Assembly: GCA_951406725.2 (NCBI GenBank)
Contig: OX597826.1
Span: 12,338,001-12,402,000 of the forward strand
Reading direction: 5' to 3'
Length of the DNA stretch: 64,000 nucleotides
DNA from: Octopus vulgaris
Taxonomy: Eukaryota
Shown here: positions 1-12,970 of the stretch, piece by piece
Layout of the letters: every line of letters begins with the position of its first letter
Position numbering within the stretch: position 1 is the stretch's first letter
Position numbers and translations under genes: made by a program
Notes under the pieces: generated by a model
What the model was told of the DNA's origin: nothing
The model's input: the letters and a program-made list of their open reading frames with translations, nothing else
Database searches by the model: none

Positions 1-61
1 TTTGCATTAGGAGAGAAACTGGAAACTAAAATAGAATTAAAAAATTCAAAACAAAACAGAT

Positions 62-225
62 AGGCGCAGGAGTGGCTGTGTGGTTAGTAGCTTGTTTACC
101 AACCACATGGTTCCGGGTTCAGTCCCACTGCGTGGCATCTTGGGCAAGTGTCTTCTGCTGTAGCCTCGGGCCGACCAAAGACTTGTGAGTGAACTTGGTA
201 GACGGAAACTGAAAGAAGCCTGTCG

Positions 226-274
<49 letters not shown>

Positions 275-476
275 GTGTGTGTGTTTGTCCCCCTAGCATT
301 GCTTGACAACCGATGCTGGTGTGTTTACGTCCCCATCACTTAGCGGTTCGGCAAAAAGAGACCGATAGAATAAGTACTGGGCTTACAAAGAATAAGTTCC
401 GGGGTCGATTTGCTCGACTAAAGGCGGTGCTCCAGCATGTCCGCAGTCAAATGACTGAAACAAGCAAAAGAGTAAA

Positions 477-480
<4 letters not shown>
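62..480 (+). mobile_element. tRNA-derived SINE family A (octopus-type SINE), full copy with internal (TA)/(TG) microsatellite
   Basis: A box TGGCTGTGTGG, B-box-like GGTTCAGTCCC, tail GGCGGTGCTCCAGCATG...GAAACAAG and (GTAAAAGA)n end; near-identical copies at 10116, 59056 and 61834. Confidence 0.85.
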
Positions 481-537
<57 letters not shown>

Positions 538-845
538 AATAATTATCTGGAAAAAATTCAGACAAGGTTTTCAAGGAAATGAGTACAACAAAATTATACT
601 GAAATATCGTTTGCATTAGGAGAGAAACTGGAGACTAAAATAGAATTAAAAAATCCAAAACAAAACAAAACAGATAAAGAAACAAAAACAAGGATTATAC
701 CGAACTGATTCGTTAAAAGAAACTTTGGAATCAGATAGATAACTCAACTTTGTGGGTATCTAGAATGCCAGTAGGGAAATACAACGACAATTTCAGATTT
801 CTAATTTCAGCATGAAATTCCGATCACTGTTCATGCTGAAAAACA

Positions 846-1127
846 TTGAAATATGTTCAGATTAGACGAAGGAAATGGAGATGGGTCGGACACACACTGC
901 GGAAAGAACCCTCAAATGTGACACGACAAGCACTTGACTGGAACCCGCAGGGGAAAAGGAAGCGAGGACGCCCGAAGAAGACATGGAAGCGGAGCATTTT
1001 GGACGAGCTCAGGAGCACCGGCCTGACATGGGAAGCAGCCAAGAAACATGCCAATGACCGCAAAAAGTGGAAAACAACTGTTGGGGTCCTAAGCTCCACA
1101 AGGGGCAAAAAGGATTAAGAAGAAGAA
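846..1127 (+). mobile_element. 3' fragment of RTE-clade LINE (ORF2 C-terminus)
   Basis: RRRKWRWVGHTLRK...ALDWNPQGKRKRGRPKKTW is the typical RTE C-terminal motif; stop codon followed by a (GAA)n tail. Confidence 0.85.
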
Positions 1128-1210
1128 CTATTGTACTCCAGTGGTAACAGAAAGAGTGATAAATACATAGGAAGTCCTTTCGGATTTGAGCTGACAATGA
1201 GAATTAGTAT

Positions 1211-1419
1211 TAAATTTTGGCACAAGGCCAGCAATTTCGCGGTGGTGGGTAAGTTAATTGCAGCGATCCCAGTACTCAAAATGTACTTCTTTGGCCAACT
1301 CCTAAAAGATGAAAGGCAAAATCGACTTCGGTGGAATTTGAACTCAGAATGTAGGGACGGACGAAATGCTGTAAAGCATATTACCCGGCATCTTAACGAT
1401 TCTGCCACTTCGCTGTCTT
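1211..1419 (-). mobile_element. tRNA-derived SINE family B, diverged copy (B3 tail)
   Basis: Reverse complement matches the GAGTTCAAATTCC...GCCTTTCATC core and the CTGGCCTTGTGCCAAAATTT tail of other copies. Confidence 0.75.
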
Positions 1420-1779
1420 TCTGACAATGAATGTTAACACTACACTTCAGGAGACAATAACTCGTACTGAATACCAGAAATGAATATGACGTGGATGCAG
1501 CGAAGCCGATTGTGAGTATCAAAAATATGAGTGACGAAAAACATATCCCCACAGAACGTTCTATATCAGAAATACCAGTCGTGCAGGAACTCGCACATGT
1601 AATGTAGAGAGGATAGTATGTTGAAATACTGCAAACAACTGAGATTATCCAAGTAATTAATCCATACATATAATTATACATACGTATGTATTCATCAACA
1701 TATATACATACGTTAAATTCAAATTACGATGAACGTAAACAAACGAAGTTTGCTTTAGAAGCATTAAGGTGTGTTAGAA

Positions 1780-1916
1780 AGTTAAAGAAGTGATTTTAAA
1801 TTCTCAAACGGAGGATAATGCTAATAATATAGCCTGAAATAGGGGTAGCTTATCCTGTTCAGGCTATATTATTAGCATTATCCTGCGTTTGAGAATTTAA
1901 AATCACTTCTTTAACT
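1780..1916. repeat. Near-perfect inverted repeat (~60-bp arms)
   Basis: 1780-1838 is the reverse complement of 1858-1916 with about 2 mismatches. Confidence 0.9.
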
Positions 1917-2011
1917 ATATATACATACATTTGAATTCATAAATATTTAAATATATTTTATTGTGTGTGTATGGATATAAGTATGTATACATACATGTAC
2001 ATTCATATGCA

Positions 2012-2012
2012 G

Positions 2013-2093
<81 letters not shown>

Positions 2094-2107
2094 TATAGAT
2101 AGATAAT

Positions 2108-2178
<71 letters not shown>
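2012..2178. repeat. (GATA)n microsatellite
   Basis: Direct reading. Confidence 0.95.
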
Positions 2179-2179
<1 letters not shown>

Positions 2180-2411
2180 CAGACAGAGAGACACTGTTAA
2201 GAATTCTCGATCGGCATTTTTTAGACGATCCGGTTCTCTGTTTTCATTCATGTCACGATTATAGTTCTGCTTTTTTAATGAAACATTGCAACTTGCTCTT
2301 TATATTAATTTTATGTACACACGTTAACGAATCGCTAAATCACCCATTAATTAGGATGACGTAAACATATATACTAATAGAAAAGCAAACCGAACAAGGC
2401 CGAGATCGAAC

Positions 2412-2465
2412 GGACTTAACTGATGAGGCAACGGAAATTACCGAAACTGACGTGGGGATTAAGGA
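2412..2465 (+). ncRNA. Degenerate hammerhead ribozyme motif (Penelope pLTR-like)
   Basis: CTGATGA-GGCAA-cggaaa-TTACC-GAAAC at 2420-2447; the cleavage triplet and stem I are degraded. Confidence 0.5.
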
Positions 2466-2661
2466 TTCTCGTTCGGCATTTTTCGGATGATTCAGGTCCC
2501 TGTTACTGTATATGTTTTCATTCATGCGTGTTAACTACAGCATTAAAGCATTTTAGCTATTATTTCTAGCAATGTAGGTGTTTCTTAATACCCCAAGCAT
2601 ATTTAGTAACAATTGTAATTCTCCTTTTTGGTGAAGCATTGCAAGTTGCTGTTTATATTAA

Positions 2662-2695
<34 letters not shown>

Positions 2696-3049
2696 TTTAG
2701 GGCATAGGACTCGCGGTCGTAGGATCACAGTTTCGATTCCCAGATCGGGCGTTGTGAATGTTTATTGAGCGAAAACACCTAAAGCTCCACGAGGCTCCGG
2801 CAGGGGGTGGGGGTGGCGATCCCTGCCGTACTCTTTCACCACAATTTTCTCTCACTCTTCCTGTTTCTGTTGTATTTGCATTTCAAAGCGCCAGCCTTGT
2901 TACACTCTGTGTCACGCTGAATCTCGCCAAGAGCTACGTTAAGGGCACACGTGTCTGTGGAGTACTCAGCCACTTGCACGTTAATTTCACGAGCAGGCTG
3001 TTCCGTTGGTCGGATCAATGGAACCCTCATCTTCGTAACCGACAGAGTT
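2696..3049 (+). mobile_element. tRNA-derived SINE family C, tail type 1 (5' slightly truncated)
   Basis: GGACTCGCGGTCGTAGGATC...GTTTCGATTCCC head; same body at 24296 and 46992. Confidence 0.85.
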
Positions 3050-3074
3050 CTACGATATATATATATATATATAA

Positions 3075-3125
<51 letters not shown>

Positions 3126-3701
3126 AAGAGAGAGATTGAGAAAGTGTGATAGACAGATAGATAGATAGGGGCAACGTAGAAACGTTGCTCATGAATGTCG
3201 ACTGTATATCTAAGAAGAATAAAAAGCAAGGAAATATTTTGCATTCAAAATAAAATAACATAGAGACCCATAATTGTAACAAGTAATTTTTGCCTTTGCA
3301 TCGTGGCACTGAAGACGAGTTCTAAGGCAAGTACAAAGCAGTTACTTTCATTAATTGGCCAATACTAGGTCTCTGTATTGCTTCCATTCTCTATAGTGTG
3401 CGAAATAAAGATGACGAATTGTTTAGTCTGATGGATAATTTTTATCATCTGCGATTACGTAAGTTCTCTATATGAGTATTTCAAATCTAAAAATAAGAAA
3501 AAAAATAGACAACTTTAATATTATCCGTTCATCAAAATCTTGTATCCATATAATAGCAGTTTCACGTGGATTTTGTACATAATCCAATTCATAAGAACAC
3601 CGACTATTTTGAGGCATTGTTAAGCCAATTCATCCAGGCATTTTCTATTCGGTTACAATGACTAGATGCGATCAATATATATGTGTCTATTTATGTATGT
3701 A

Positions 3702-3737
<36 letters not shown>

Positions 3738-3989
3738 TGTATGTATGTATGTATGTATGTATGTATGTATGTATATATATATGTATGTATGTATGTGTGT
3801 GTGTATGTGTACGTGTGTGTGGAATATGAAGGCTTTCGTTCACTGGTGATCTAAACGAATAGGTACGCTGTGTAAGTGCTATTAAAGGTCATCCGTTAGG
3901 TTCCAAATTCACAGCTGCAGCGGGAGCTAAGGATCCGTAGTAGGCCTTTGAATTAGCTGGTATATATTAGAGGGAAAAGGACAACAAAA

Positions 3990-4712
3990 ACCAAGGCAGG
4001 ACGAGTATCTCAAGTCATTTAGAATATTTAATTAAAGGTAAATTTGAGGTAATTAATTAATTAGTTAACTAGTCAATTAATCATTGCATGTCTTACAGCT
4101 GTTTCTGTGACATCCCATGTGATAGGCTAGCATCTCCATACACTGGGCATTCCATCATCGGAGACAAGGTGAGTATGTATGAATGTTCTAGACAAGGAAT
4201 TCACAGTTTATAAAAGATTAAAATATAGTAGATAGAAGAATAAAGAGTAAAACAGTAAATAGAAGAATAAATCCATAGATTATCGTCTCCCATGGGATAT
4301 GGAGTTTGGTAGGTACTTTCGTGAAGATATAGGCTCTAAATTATAATCCCAAGTAAATCAATGCTATATTTTGGCAATATTTTGAAAGTTGCATTCATGT
4401 TGAAGGAAAACGTGAACGCAACATTCAAAATACTGCCGAGGTTTACCTGGAATTATACTTAAGGACCTATAACTTCACGGGAGTATGGACCAATCTCCAT
4501 ATCCTCTGGAAGAAGATAGGCTGGGAACTTTATTCTACAGCCTGTATTCTTCTATCTACTGTTTTGCTCTCTATCCTTCTATCTACCATTTTATTCCTTT
4601 ATAAACTGTGAGTTCCTTGTCTAGAACTCATACTCATCTTGTCTCCGATGACGGAATATCCAGTGTATGGAGATGCTAGCCTATCTATCACTTGGGATAT
4701 CCCAGAAACATG
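3990..4712. mobile_element. Penelope-like element 3' end in inverted (fold-back) arrangement
   Basis: ~300-bp diverged inverted arms (about 4098-4401 vs 4408-4712), each carrying a hammerhead motif; the right arm shows a degraded GIY-YIG C-terminus-like stretch. Confidence 0.65.
4089..4166 (-). ncRNA. Minimal type I hammerhead ribozyme motif
   Basis: Minus strand reads TGTCT-CCGATGA-[stem II]-GAAAC-AGCT-GTA-AGACA: 5-bp stem I, palindromic AGCT loop III, GUA cleavage triplet; core has CCGA instead of CUGA. Confidence 0.65.
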
Positions 4713-4759
4713 TTTGTTGGTATGTACATATGAATGCATATATGTATATATGTGTGTGT

Positions 4760-4821
<62 letters not shown>

Positions 4822-5089
4822 TATATATATATATATATATATCATTGAATAACAAGGGGATAGAAATTAAGTAATCAACACCATTATCTTATAAATGATT
4901 TTTTCCGTATGATGTTGCACAATCAATCAGACGTGAGGGCGCTATTTCTTGTTGCAGAAACAGTTTATTACGTTAATCCGGTTCCTTTGTCATTCAATAA
5001 TAAATATTACTCTCTGTGCTCGCCTAACGCTTTATCCTGAAGCAAATGTATATTAGTATCGCGATGCCTAACCTAAATACCAAAATCTT

Positions 5090-5344
<255 letters not shown>

Positions 5345-5756
5345 GTGTGTGAGTGTGTGTGTGTGAAGCATAATCCGGCAAAACCCGCCAAAGGCAGGTA
5401 TTTCGGCTAGTTTAGAAATGCAGATTGGAGACGATCTTGTTTTTATTTCTGACTGATTAGGAGCAGCGACCTACCACTCTTATTAGATGACGTGTCAGCG
5501 AAATATATTCTTCTTTAGTGACAAGAACCGTTTTGATCAATACAGTAATAATACAGTGAGACTGGTTATAGACATGGACAATATCGTTGATGACAAAATA
5601 CCTCAGGTGAGTATTCTACATAGCAAATTCAAATAAGGTGAGGTGAAAATCTTCGATTTACAGATAATTTTGTCTACAGAATTTCCTCTAGGCGTGTTTG
5701 AAATTTAAAAATAACAAACGAAGATGATTCCGATGGAATCTTTTGATCGAAAATTT

Positions 5757-6000
5757 GGAACACACCAACGCCAGTGGTCAAGCGGTGATAGGGGTCAAAC
5801 ACAAATGCTAAGACACACACACACTCACACACACACACACACACACAGATATATACATGATGGGCTTCTTTTAGTTTCCATCTTCCAGATCACTCACAAG
5901 GCTTTGGTTGGCCCAAGGCTATATTAGAATACTCTCTCCCATGATGCCACGTAGTGGGAATGTGGTTGGGAAGCAAGCTTCTACCCACAGACACCCCTGT
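5757..6000 (-). mobile_element. SINE-A partial, diverged
   Basis: GGGCTTCTTTTAGTTTCC...CACTCACAAGGCTTTGGTTGGCCC matches the reverse complement of SINE-A. Confidence 0.7.
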
Positions 6001-6669
6001 GTCTATGCATGCGTGTGTATACAAAGAGAGAGAGGGAGAGAGAGAGAGAGAGAATTGTGAAATAAACAAATAAAGACGCTTGGGTTTGTTATACCTACAA
6101 ATATACAGGTAAATATATATTAGGGGATACAGAGAGAGAGAGAGAGAGAGACAGAGAGACAGAGAGACAGAGAGAGAGAGACAAGCAAAAACTGAAAATA
6201 TTCAGATGAACAGTCATGTATAAACATATTGATATTGTTATATATTTACGGAGCAGATTTACATGGAGCACAAAAGATGCTAAAAAACCTAAGGGGAGAG
6301 GGCATGGCACGTCAAACCCGACAGCTGCTTCTGGGGTTTGGATTTACGTAATATTTGTAATGTTGGCTGGTTCTGTGAGCAAATATCCAAGAATATGGAA
6401 ACAGCAGTGTATGCATATAATCATTACCGTAAATCAAGCCTCCGTTGTCAGGGTGGAGGGTCTGCCACCATACAGGCACCCCCTCCCCGTGCGCGCACAC
6501 ATACACACACACGTGATTGCCAATATTATTGATTATGGGGAACAGCTTAGAGCAGTGTTCTTAACACTAAATGCAAATACTAAATAATAAGGTTTCTCAT
6601 GTATAATAAGTTGATTTAAAGAATTTCGATCAAGTTAGATTATTTGAGAAATCAGAAGACAAAAGATTA

Positions 6670-6681
6670 ATCTATCTATCA

Positions 6682-6753
<72 letters not shown>

Positions 6754-6878
6754 GTCTGGCTGTCTGTCTGGCTGTCTGTCTATCTATCTAACTATGTAAC
6801 TATCTATCTATCTATCTATCTATCTATCTGTCTGTCTGACTGTTTGTCTATCTATCTATCTATCTGTCTGTCTGTTTG

Positions 6879-6912
<34 letters not shown>

Positions 6913-7018
6913 CATCTATCTATCTATCTCTCTATATTTATATATATATATATCTATCTATGTATCTATCTATCTATCCATATATATATCTATCTATCTA
7001 TGTATCTATCTATCTATG

Positions 7019-7087
<69 letters not shown>

Positions 7088-7113
7088 GGCTGTTTGTCTG
7101 TCTGTCTGCCTTT

Positions 7114-7147
<34 letters not shown>

Positions 7148-7198
7148 ATCTATCTAACTATGTAACTATCTATCTATCTATCTATCTATCAATCTATC
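6670..7198. repeat. Compound (TCTA)/(TCTG)n microsatellite
   Basis: Direct reading. Confidence 0.95.
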
Positions 7199-7199
7199 T

Positions 7200-8929
7200 G
7201 CCACCAAGCTCATCGTCCAAACTCCATGTACGTCACCATCAATTTTCTCTCCCAAATCCATAACCCTAACAACCCTCGTTGCTTCACTGATTTTGCCTGT
7301 AACTGCCCCACTGAACTTATTTCTGAATACCTGAACCTAATCCTTTCCACCGCAGTAGCTTCTCTCCCGTTTTACGTCCACGACACTACTCATCTCTTTG
7401 CCTTTTCAATTCCTTTCTCTTCCCTCGTGGCTCCTCCCGATCCTCTTTATCACGGACATCAAATCCCTCTTCACGGTCATCCGCGATATGTCGGTCTCCT
7501 GGCTATTCAAAACTTGCTCAACCATCGCACTGTCCGCAAACAAACTCAATCCATCTACACTTCTCCGCCTGAACTCGTTATCCCTCTCAACTGCTTCACT
7601 TTGAGGATTAGGTTTACCAGCATGTATCTGTGATCACCCTGGGAACGAGAATCCGCTCCAACTTAGCCAACTTGGATGGTTCTGTCGAGGTCTAAATCTT
7701 CTTTCAGTTTACCTAGCCGACTCAGAGCTATAGAGTCGGTACATCCTCTCACTCCCATTAACAACTCAGTCATTTCAACTCTTTCGTCTCCACCTATTAT
7801 CCCTGTCTTGAGATTATTTCTATAATCTTCGACACCTCTGGCAACCTTCTAGATCTCTCTCTCTCTCTCTCTCTCTCTGGATGCACCCGATCACTCTGTC
7901 AACATTTCCACCTTTCCAACCTATCGACTCATACCTCAGCCTCGTTTCGCCTCTTCCCACGCCAAGTGGGCTCTTCTCTACTCACAGTTTCTCCATATCC
8001 AACCTCTGTCCAGCTGTGATCAGAGTTTTGAGACTCGGTCTCAATACGTAACCAGTCTGTTCACTCATCGTGGATACCCCTCCACCCTTTGTCCCTGATG
8101 CCTTTGCCCATGCTTACCGAATTGATCGCATCTACAACCTATCTCCTTACCACCTCTCCCAAACGCCACTCCTTTCCTCTCCTTTTTTTCCACCCCTCTA
8201 CTATATTCCTTCGACGGAAAATTCTACGAGGCATCCGACTTCACCAATCCGATCCTATCATCCACTTTGTTTTCAACAACCCACCAGTCCGCTCTTTCAA
8301 ACGCGTCCGAAACCTATACGACCTACTGTACTGTAGCACTCTACTATCATCTATCCTGGATCCTTCCCTTGCTCCAGACCTCGGTGCCACACCTGACCGT
8401 TCACCAACCAACACAACATCCTTTATTGCAACTAACCAAAACACCGTTCATTTTGTGAATCTTTCTCATGTATCTCCTCTAATATCATTTATTGTCTTAA
8501 ATTTACCTTTTGGCGGTCTTTATATGTTGGACAGTCTGTCCGCCATTTAACCGACATATTTATTAAGAATTTAGGAAACATCCGTCTCCAGAGGGAAACT
8601 CTTCTTGCCAGAAACTTCTGCTCGATGAACCGCTCCACTCGCCACTTCGCCGTCTTCGGCCTGGCCTTTCACCATGGGTCTACCACAACCAAAATCCGTA
8701 CGAAGTAACAGTGCTTCTCGTTACGAGATGGATTCAAAACCCCATCTTATAACAGCCACCTTCTTGTAGCGACTCCTTTATTGTAATAGTTTCCAACTTC
8801 CATTTCTCTCACCAATTTCGTTTTCATTTCCTCTTCTTTCTCCCTCCTTTCTGTCTTCACTTATCTTCCACACGCTTACATATATAATTTACACCTCACC
8901 ACACACACAACATATATATCTACTGCGCG

Positions 8930-8960
<31 letters not shown>

Positions 8961-9250
8961 ACACTCACACACACACACGTATACATATTGTAAGCTCGTC
9001 TAAAACTCAAAAAATTCTCACTCCCAAACATTCATACGCGCACGCACATACGTACATATAACGATACGCATGCTTTTCAATGGAATATCCGCTTGTTTCG
9101 TCTTCTCTAGAATTTTTCCTCCATCCGACGAAGAGTCATGCTTGAAATTTCATTCCTACTTCTATATTTGTTAACTAAAATCGTCAGATTTTCAATCTAA
9201 TGTATTCATTGTGTACGAACAACTGACTTTTATTTCTTCCTGTGTTTTTT
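7200..9250 (+). mobile_element. Degenerate Penelope-like retroelement (RT + GIY-YIG pseudogene)
   Basis: [34 protein letters not shown] and LFITDIKSLFTVI match PLE RT motifs (LPKIHKP..PGRP, MDIKSLYT); GGLYVGQ near 8512; degenerate hammerhead CCGACGAAGAGTCATGCTTGAAA near 9125. Confidence 0.8.
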
Positions 9251-9300
9251 TTTTTGCCAATGTATACATACATGCATACATACATAGATACATACATACA

Positions 9301-9374
<74 letters not shown>

Positions 9375-9375
9375 A

Positions 9376-9675
9376 GGAGGCGCAATGGCCCAGTGGTTAG
9401 GGCAGCGGACTCGCGGTTTCGATTCCCAGATCAGGCGTTGTGAGTGTTTATTGAGCGAAGACACCTAAAAGCTCCACGAGGCTCCGGCAGGAGGGTGGTG
9501 GCGATCCCTGATGTACTCTTTCGCCACAACTTTCTCTCACTCTTTCTTCTGTTGGCCTGCTTGCTTAGCCAGCGGGGTGGCGTCATTTGAAGGCTAAAAC
9601 AATGTGAAGCGCATTGTAACCAGCGATGTGTAGCAACATCTGATGGACTGGTCGGTCACGGTGATCACGGTGATA
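9376..9675 (+). mobile_element. SINE-C, tail type 2
   Basis: Same tRNA head as 2696 but a different 3' half ending (TCACGGTGA)n; second copy at 54808. Confidence 0.85.
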
Positions 9676-10115
9676 TACACACACAAACACATTTACAAAG
9701 TTTGGGGAAAGAGAGAATATAATGCGTACAGCGAAAATCAACCCATTAACAATAGAACTGTTGGTAAAGACTATATAAGGAATATAATGAGTTAGAATAC
9801 TCCGATAAAATTTGATAATCTGAGCACATTGTCGACAAAAGCAGCTCTCTGTGTTTTCAATATTTAAAAAAATATGGGAGATATTTCCAATATGAACAAT
9901 TGATCGAAAATCGACAAATAACGCCATGTAGACGTTTTCCAAGTCTAAATATAGCCAGCGTGGAAGATGTTTCTAATCTGGTCTGGGGATCGAAATTTTG
10001 TCGAACAAAATCGATAATGCAGAGCGTGAATGTATTTTCTGAAGCCGAGTCATAAAAGCAACGGCCACAAGCTGGAACTTCCTTTTGGAGTGAACAAGGA
10101 TTGATTAATATACAT

Positions 10116-10527
10116 AGGCGCAGTGTGGTAAGTAGCTTGCTAACCAACCACATGGTTCAGGGTTCAGTCCCACTGCGTGGCACCTTGGGCAAGTGTCTTC
10201 TACTATAGCCCCGGGCCGACCAATGCCTTGTGAGTGGACTTGGTAGACGGAAACTGAAAGAAGCCTGTCGTATATATGTATATATATATATGTATGTGTG
10301 TGTGTGTCTGTGTTTGTCCTCCTAGCATTGCTTGACAACCGATGCTGGTGTGTTTACGTCCCCGTAACTTAGCGGTTCGGCAAAAAGAAACCGATAGAAT
10401 AAGTACTGGGCTTACAAAAAGAATAAGTCCTGGGGGTCGATTTACTCGACTAAAGGCGGTGCTCCAGCATGGCCGCAGTCAAATGACTGAAACAAGTAAA
10501 AAGAATAAAAAAAAAGTAAAAAAAAGA
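10116..10527 (+). mobile_element. SINE-A full copy
   Basis: High similarity to 62-480. Confidence 0.85.
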
Positions 10528-10639
10528 ATACCGATAGACATAAATTAGTTCCGTGTCCTATGAGTATCACTAATGGGACAGACACCTAGAATAAAGTATC
10601 TTCATAAAGAAATTAAAATACGGTATATATATATATCTT

Positions 10640-10832
10640 TACGAGGCGGTGCTGAAAAGGTCTTGGGTTTAAGGGTTCCGGGAAAGGCCTGGCTGGAGGC
10701 TCTATCTTCCGAGATCCATTTACAGAGCTTAGAATATCTGTATTATGTGAATCTGAGAGGGGAATATATTGGATAAAATCATAATTAACTGATTATATTT
10801 TGCCGAAGCCAGAAACCTTTCAGCACGCCCCC

Positions 10833-10835
<3 letters not shown>
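10640..10835. mobile_element. Mariner-like MITE
   Basis: Imperfect TIRs TACGAGGCGGTGCTGAAAAGG / CCTTTCAGCACGCCCCCGTA with TA at both ends. Confidence 0.6.
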
Positions 10836-10866
<31 letters not shown>

Positions 10867-10989
10867 TAGAGAAAAAACACTATTATGTAAGTCAAACAAT
10901 GATAGACATAAATCATATCATATAGAAAAAATGAAATATATTATAAAACATATAACTAGATCACAAAAAGTACAAAAAATGAATAAACA

Positions 10990-11052
<63 letters not shown>

Positions 11053-11217
11053 TACTACATATGTAGGAAATTCTAAAAGAAGCAGCACGTATGGTAGGAC
11101 ACAACAACCTCCTAAGCAGACGGAGTGCAGATCTGAATGGCATATGGTAACCAGTATTAAGGAAGGACATGAGAATATTAGATTTATAAGCCCTAAAATT
11201 CACTCCATAATTACCAA

Positions 11218-11490
11218 CGGGCATATGGCGTTGTGGGTAAGAGCGCGGCTAATAACCCCAAGATTCTGAAATCGATTCCAGGCAGTGACCTGAATAATAA
11301 CTATAATAATAATAACATCGAAAAATACCTTAGGAATGAGAACCCAGGTTCGAAATTTCCCCAAGACATCTGATGAAGGCTGGAGGGTATATCAGCCGGA
11401 ACGTGTTAACAACAAACAAGATGAAGACAAATATCCGTCAAATGTAAAAAAATTAAATAATGCACATAATTCCTCATCTATTAAATATAG
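11218..11490 (+). mobile_element. tRNA-headed short element containing a hammerhead-like core
   Basis: A-box-like TGGCGTTGTGG, B-box-like ATCGATTCC, (AAT) linker, then CTGATGA-aGGCTG...CAGCC-GGAAC (11370-11402). Confidence 0.55.
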
Positions 11491-12072
11491 ATGTTAGATA
11501 TATGTTAGAGTTATTTTCCCAATTTATCCAGTACCAACCTTAAACAAGTAAATAGTATTTTCCTAAACAATAGATTCACATACATTGCCCAGTGACTTAT
11601 TCACGAATATACCAACACTAGCGCCTCTGAGGTTAATATTCCCTGGAAACGCACATAAGCCCTTTTCAGAGTTATTTACTTTGAATTGTTATTATCTCAC
11701 ATTTGATTAGACTGCTATTACGTAACATGCTTCACGATTTTAGTATACATACCTTATTTCCTCCTAAGTTCTATATACTCTGGGAATGCATTAAAGCCAT
11801 TTTAAGGGCTACTTTATTTGAATTCTTACTATCAGGTAACTAATTTCATGTTATTACATAACTGACTTCACAATTTGGGTATTCATAACTTGTTGGAAAT
11901 TTCTAAAAACAAGATACTGTGCAAGACAGTTCCGTGTTCTCTGTAAATGCAGAAAAACCGTTTTAAGGGCTACATACTTTGTATTGTTGTTATTGGATTA
12001 GCGAAACATTTATGAGAACGGAAACGAGTGATAAGACCCGCTTTTCTGGGAATTACTGGGTACGTCAGCTAG

Positions 12073-12132
<60 letters not shown>

Positions 12133-12719
12133 AGTGTGTGTGTGTGTGTGTGTGTGTGTATACGTATGTATGTGTGCCTATATGTATTTGTGCATAAATC
12201 ACACCCCTACTTCAGAGTTAAATCTTGGGGTAGAACATTTTCCCATCATAGTTTCAGCTTTTTCCGTATATTAGTTGCATTCCAGATTTTTCCGTTAAAG
12301 TCAAGTATGAAAGAGTTCAGCTTATAAACAAATAAGTACAGTGACAATTAATTGTTTAGATAATGTAATTTAATCGCTGTTCCTGAAGTCACTGCATTAC
12401 GTGTTGTTTTTCTTTTTGTATTTAGTATGCGGTCAGAATTTCTCTCATATATTTTCTGTCAGGAATGTGTTAGAATGTACAAACTTCATTATGCACAGAT
12501 ACACAAATACACACCGAAGCAAAAGTACAGATGGAAAAAATGAACACTAATTTATTGCACAAACGCAGAGATCACATCATCTTACAAACTGTTTTAAAAA
12601 CTTAGGAGAAAGCATATGTCAATGATAGATTTAGAGCCAATAATATATATGCGTAAAGAAACAAATCATTTATAAATATAAGCAGTTATACGTTGATGAA
12701 TGCATATATACTGCCACAC

Positions 12720-12970
<251 letters not shown>

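Noticed and set aside
1115-1681. 188-aa hydrophobic minus-strand ORF
   Set aside because: Its C-terminal half is SINE-B sequence, it starts in a TA-rich repeat, and it has no recognisable domain.
6216-6587. 123-aa ORF or possible exon near 6255-6347
   Set aside because: Weak splice acceptor, phase incompatible with the 5519-5606 candidate, and no clear homology.
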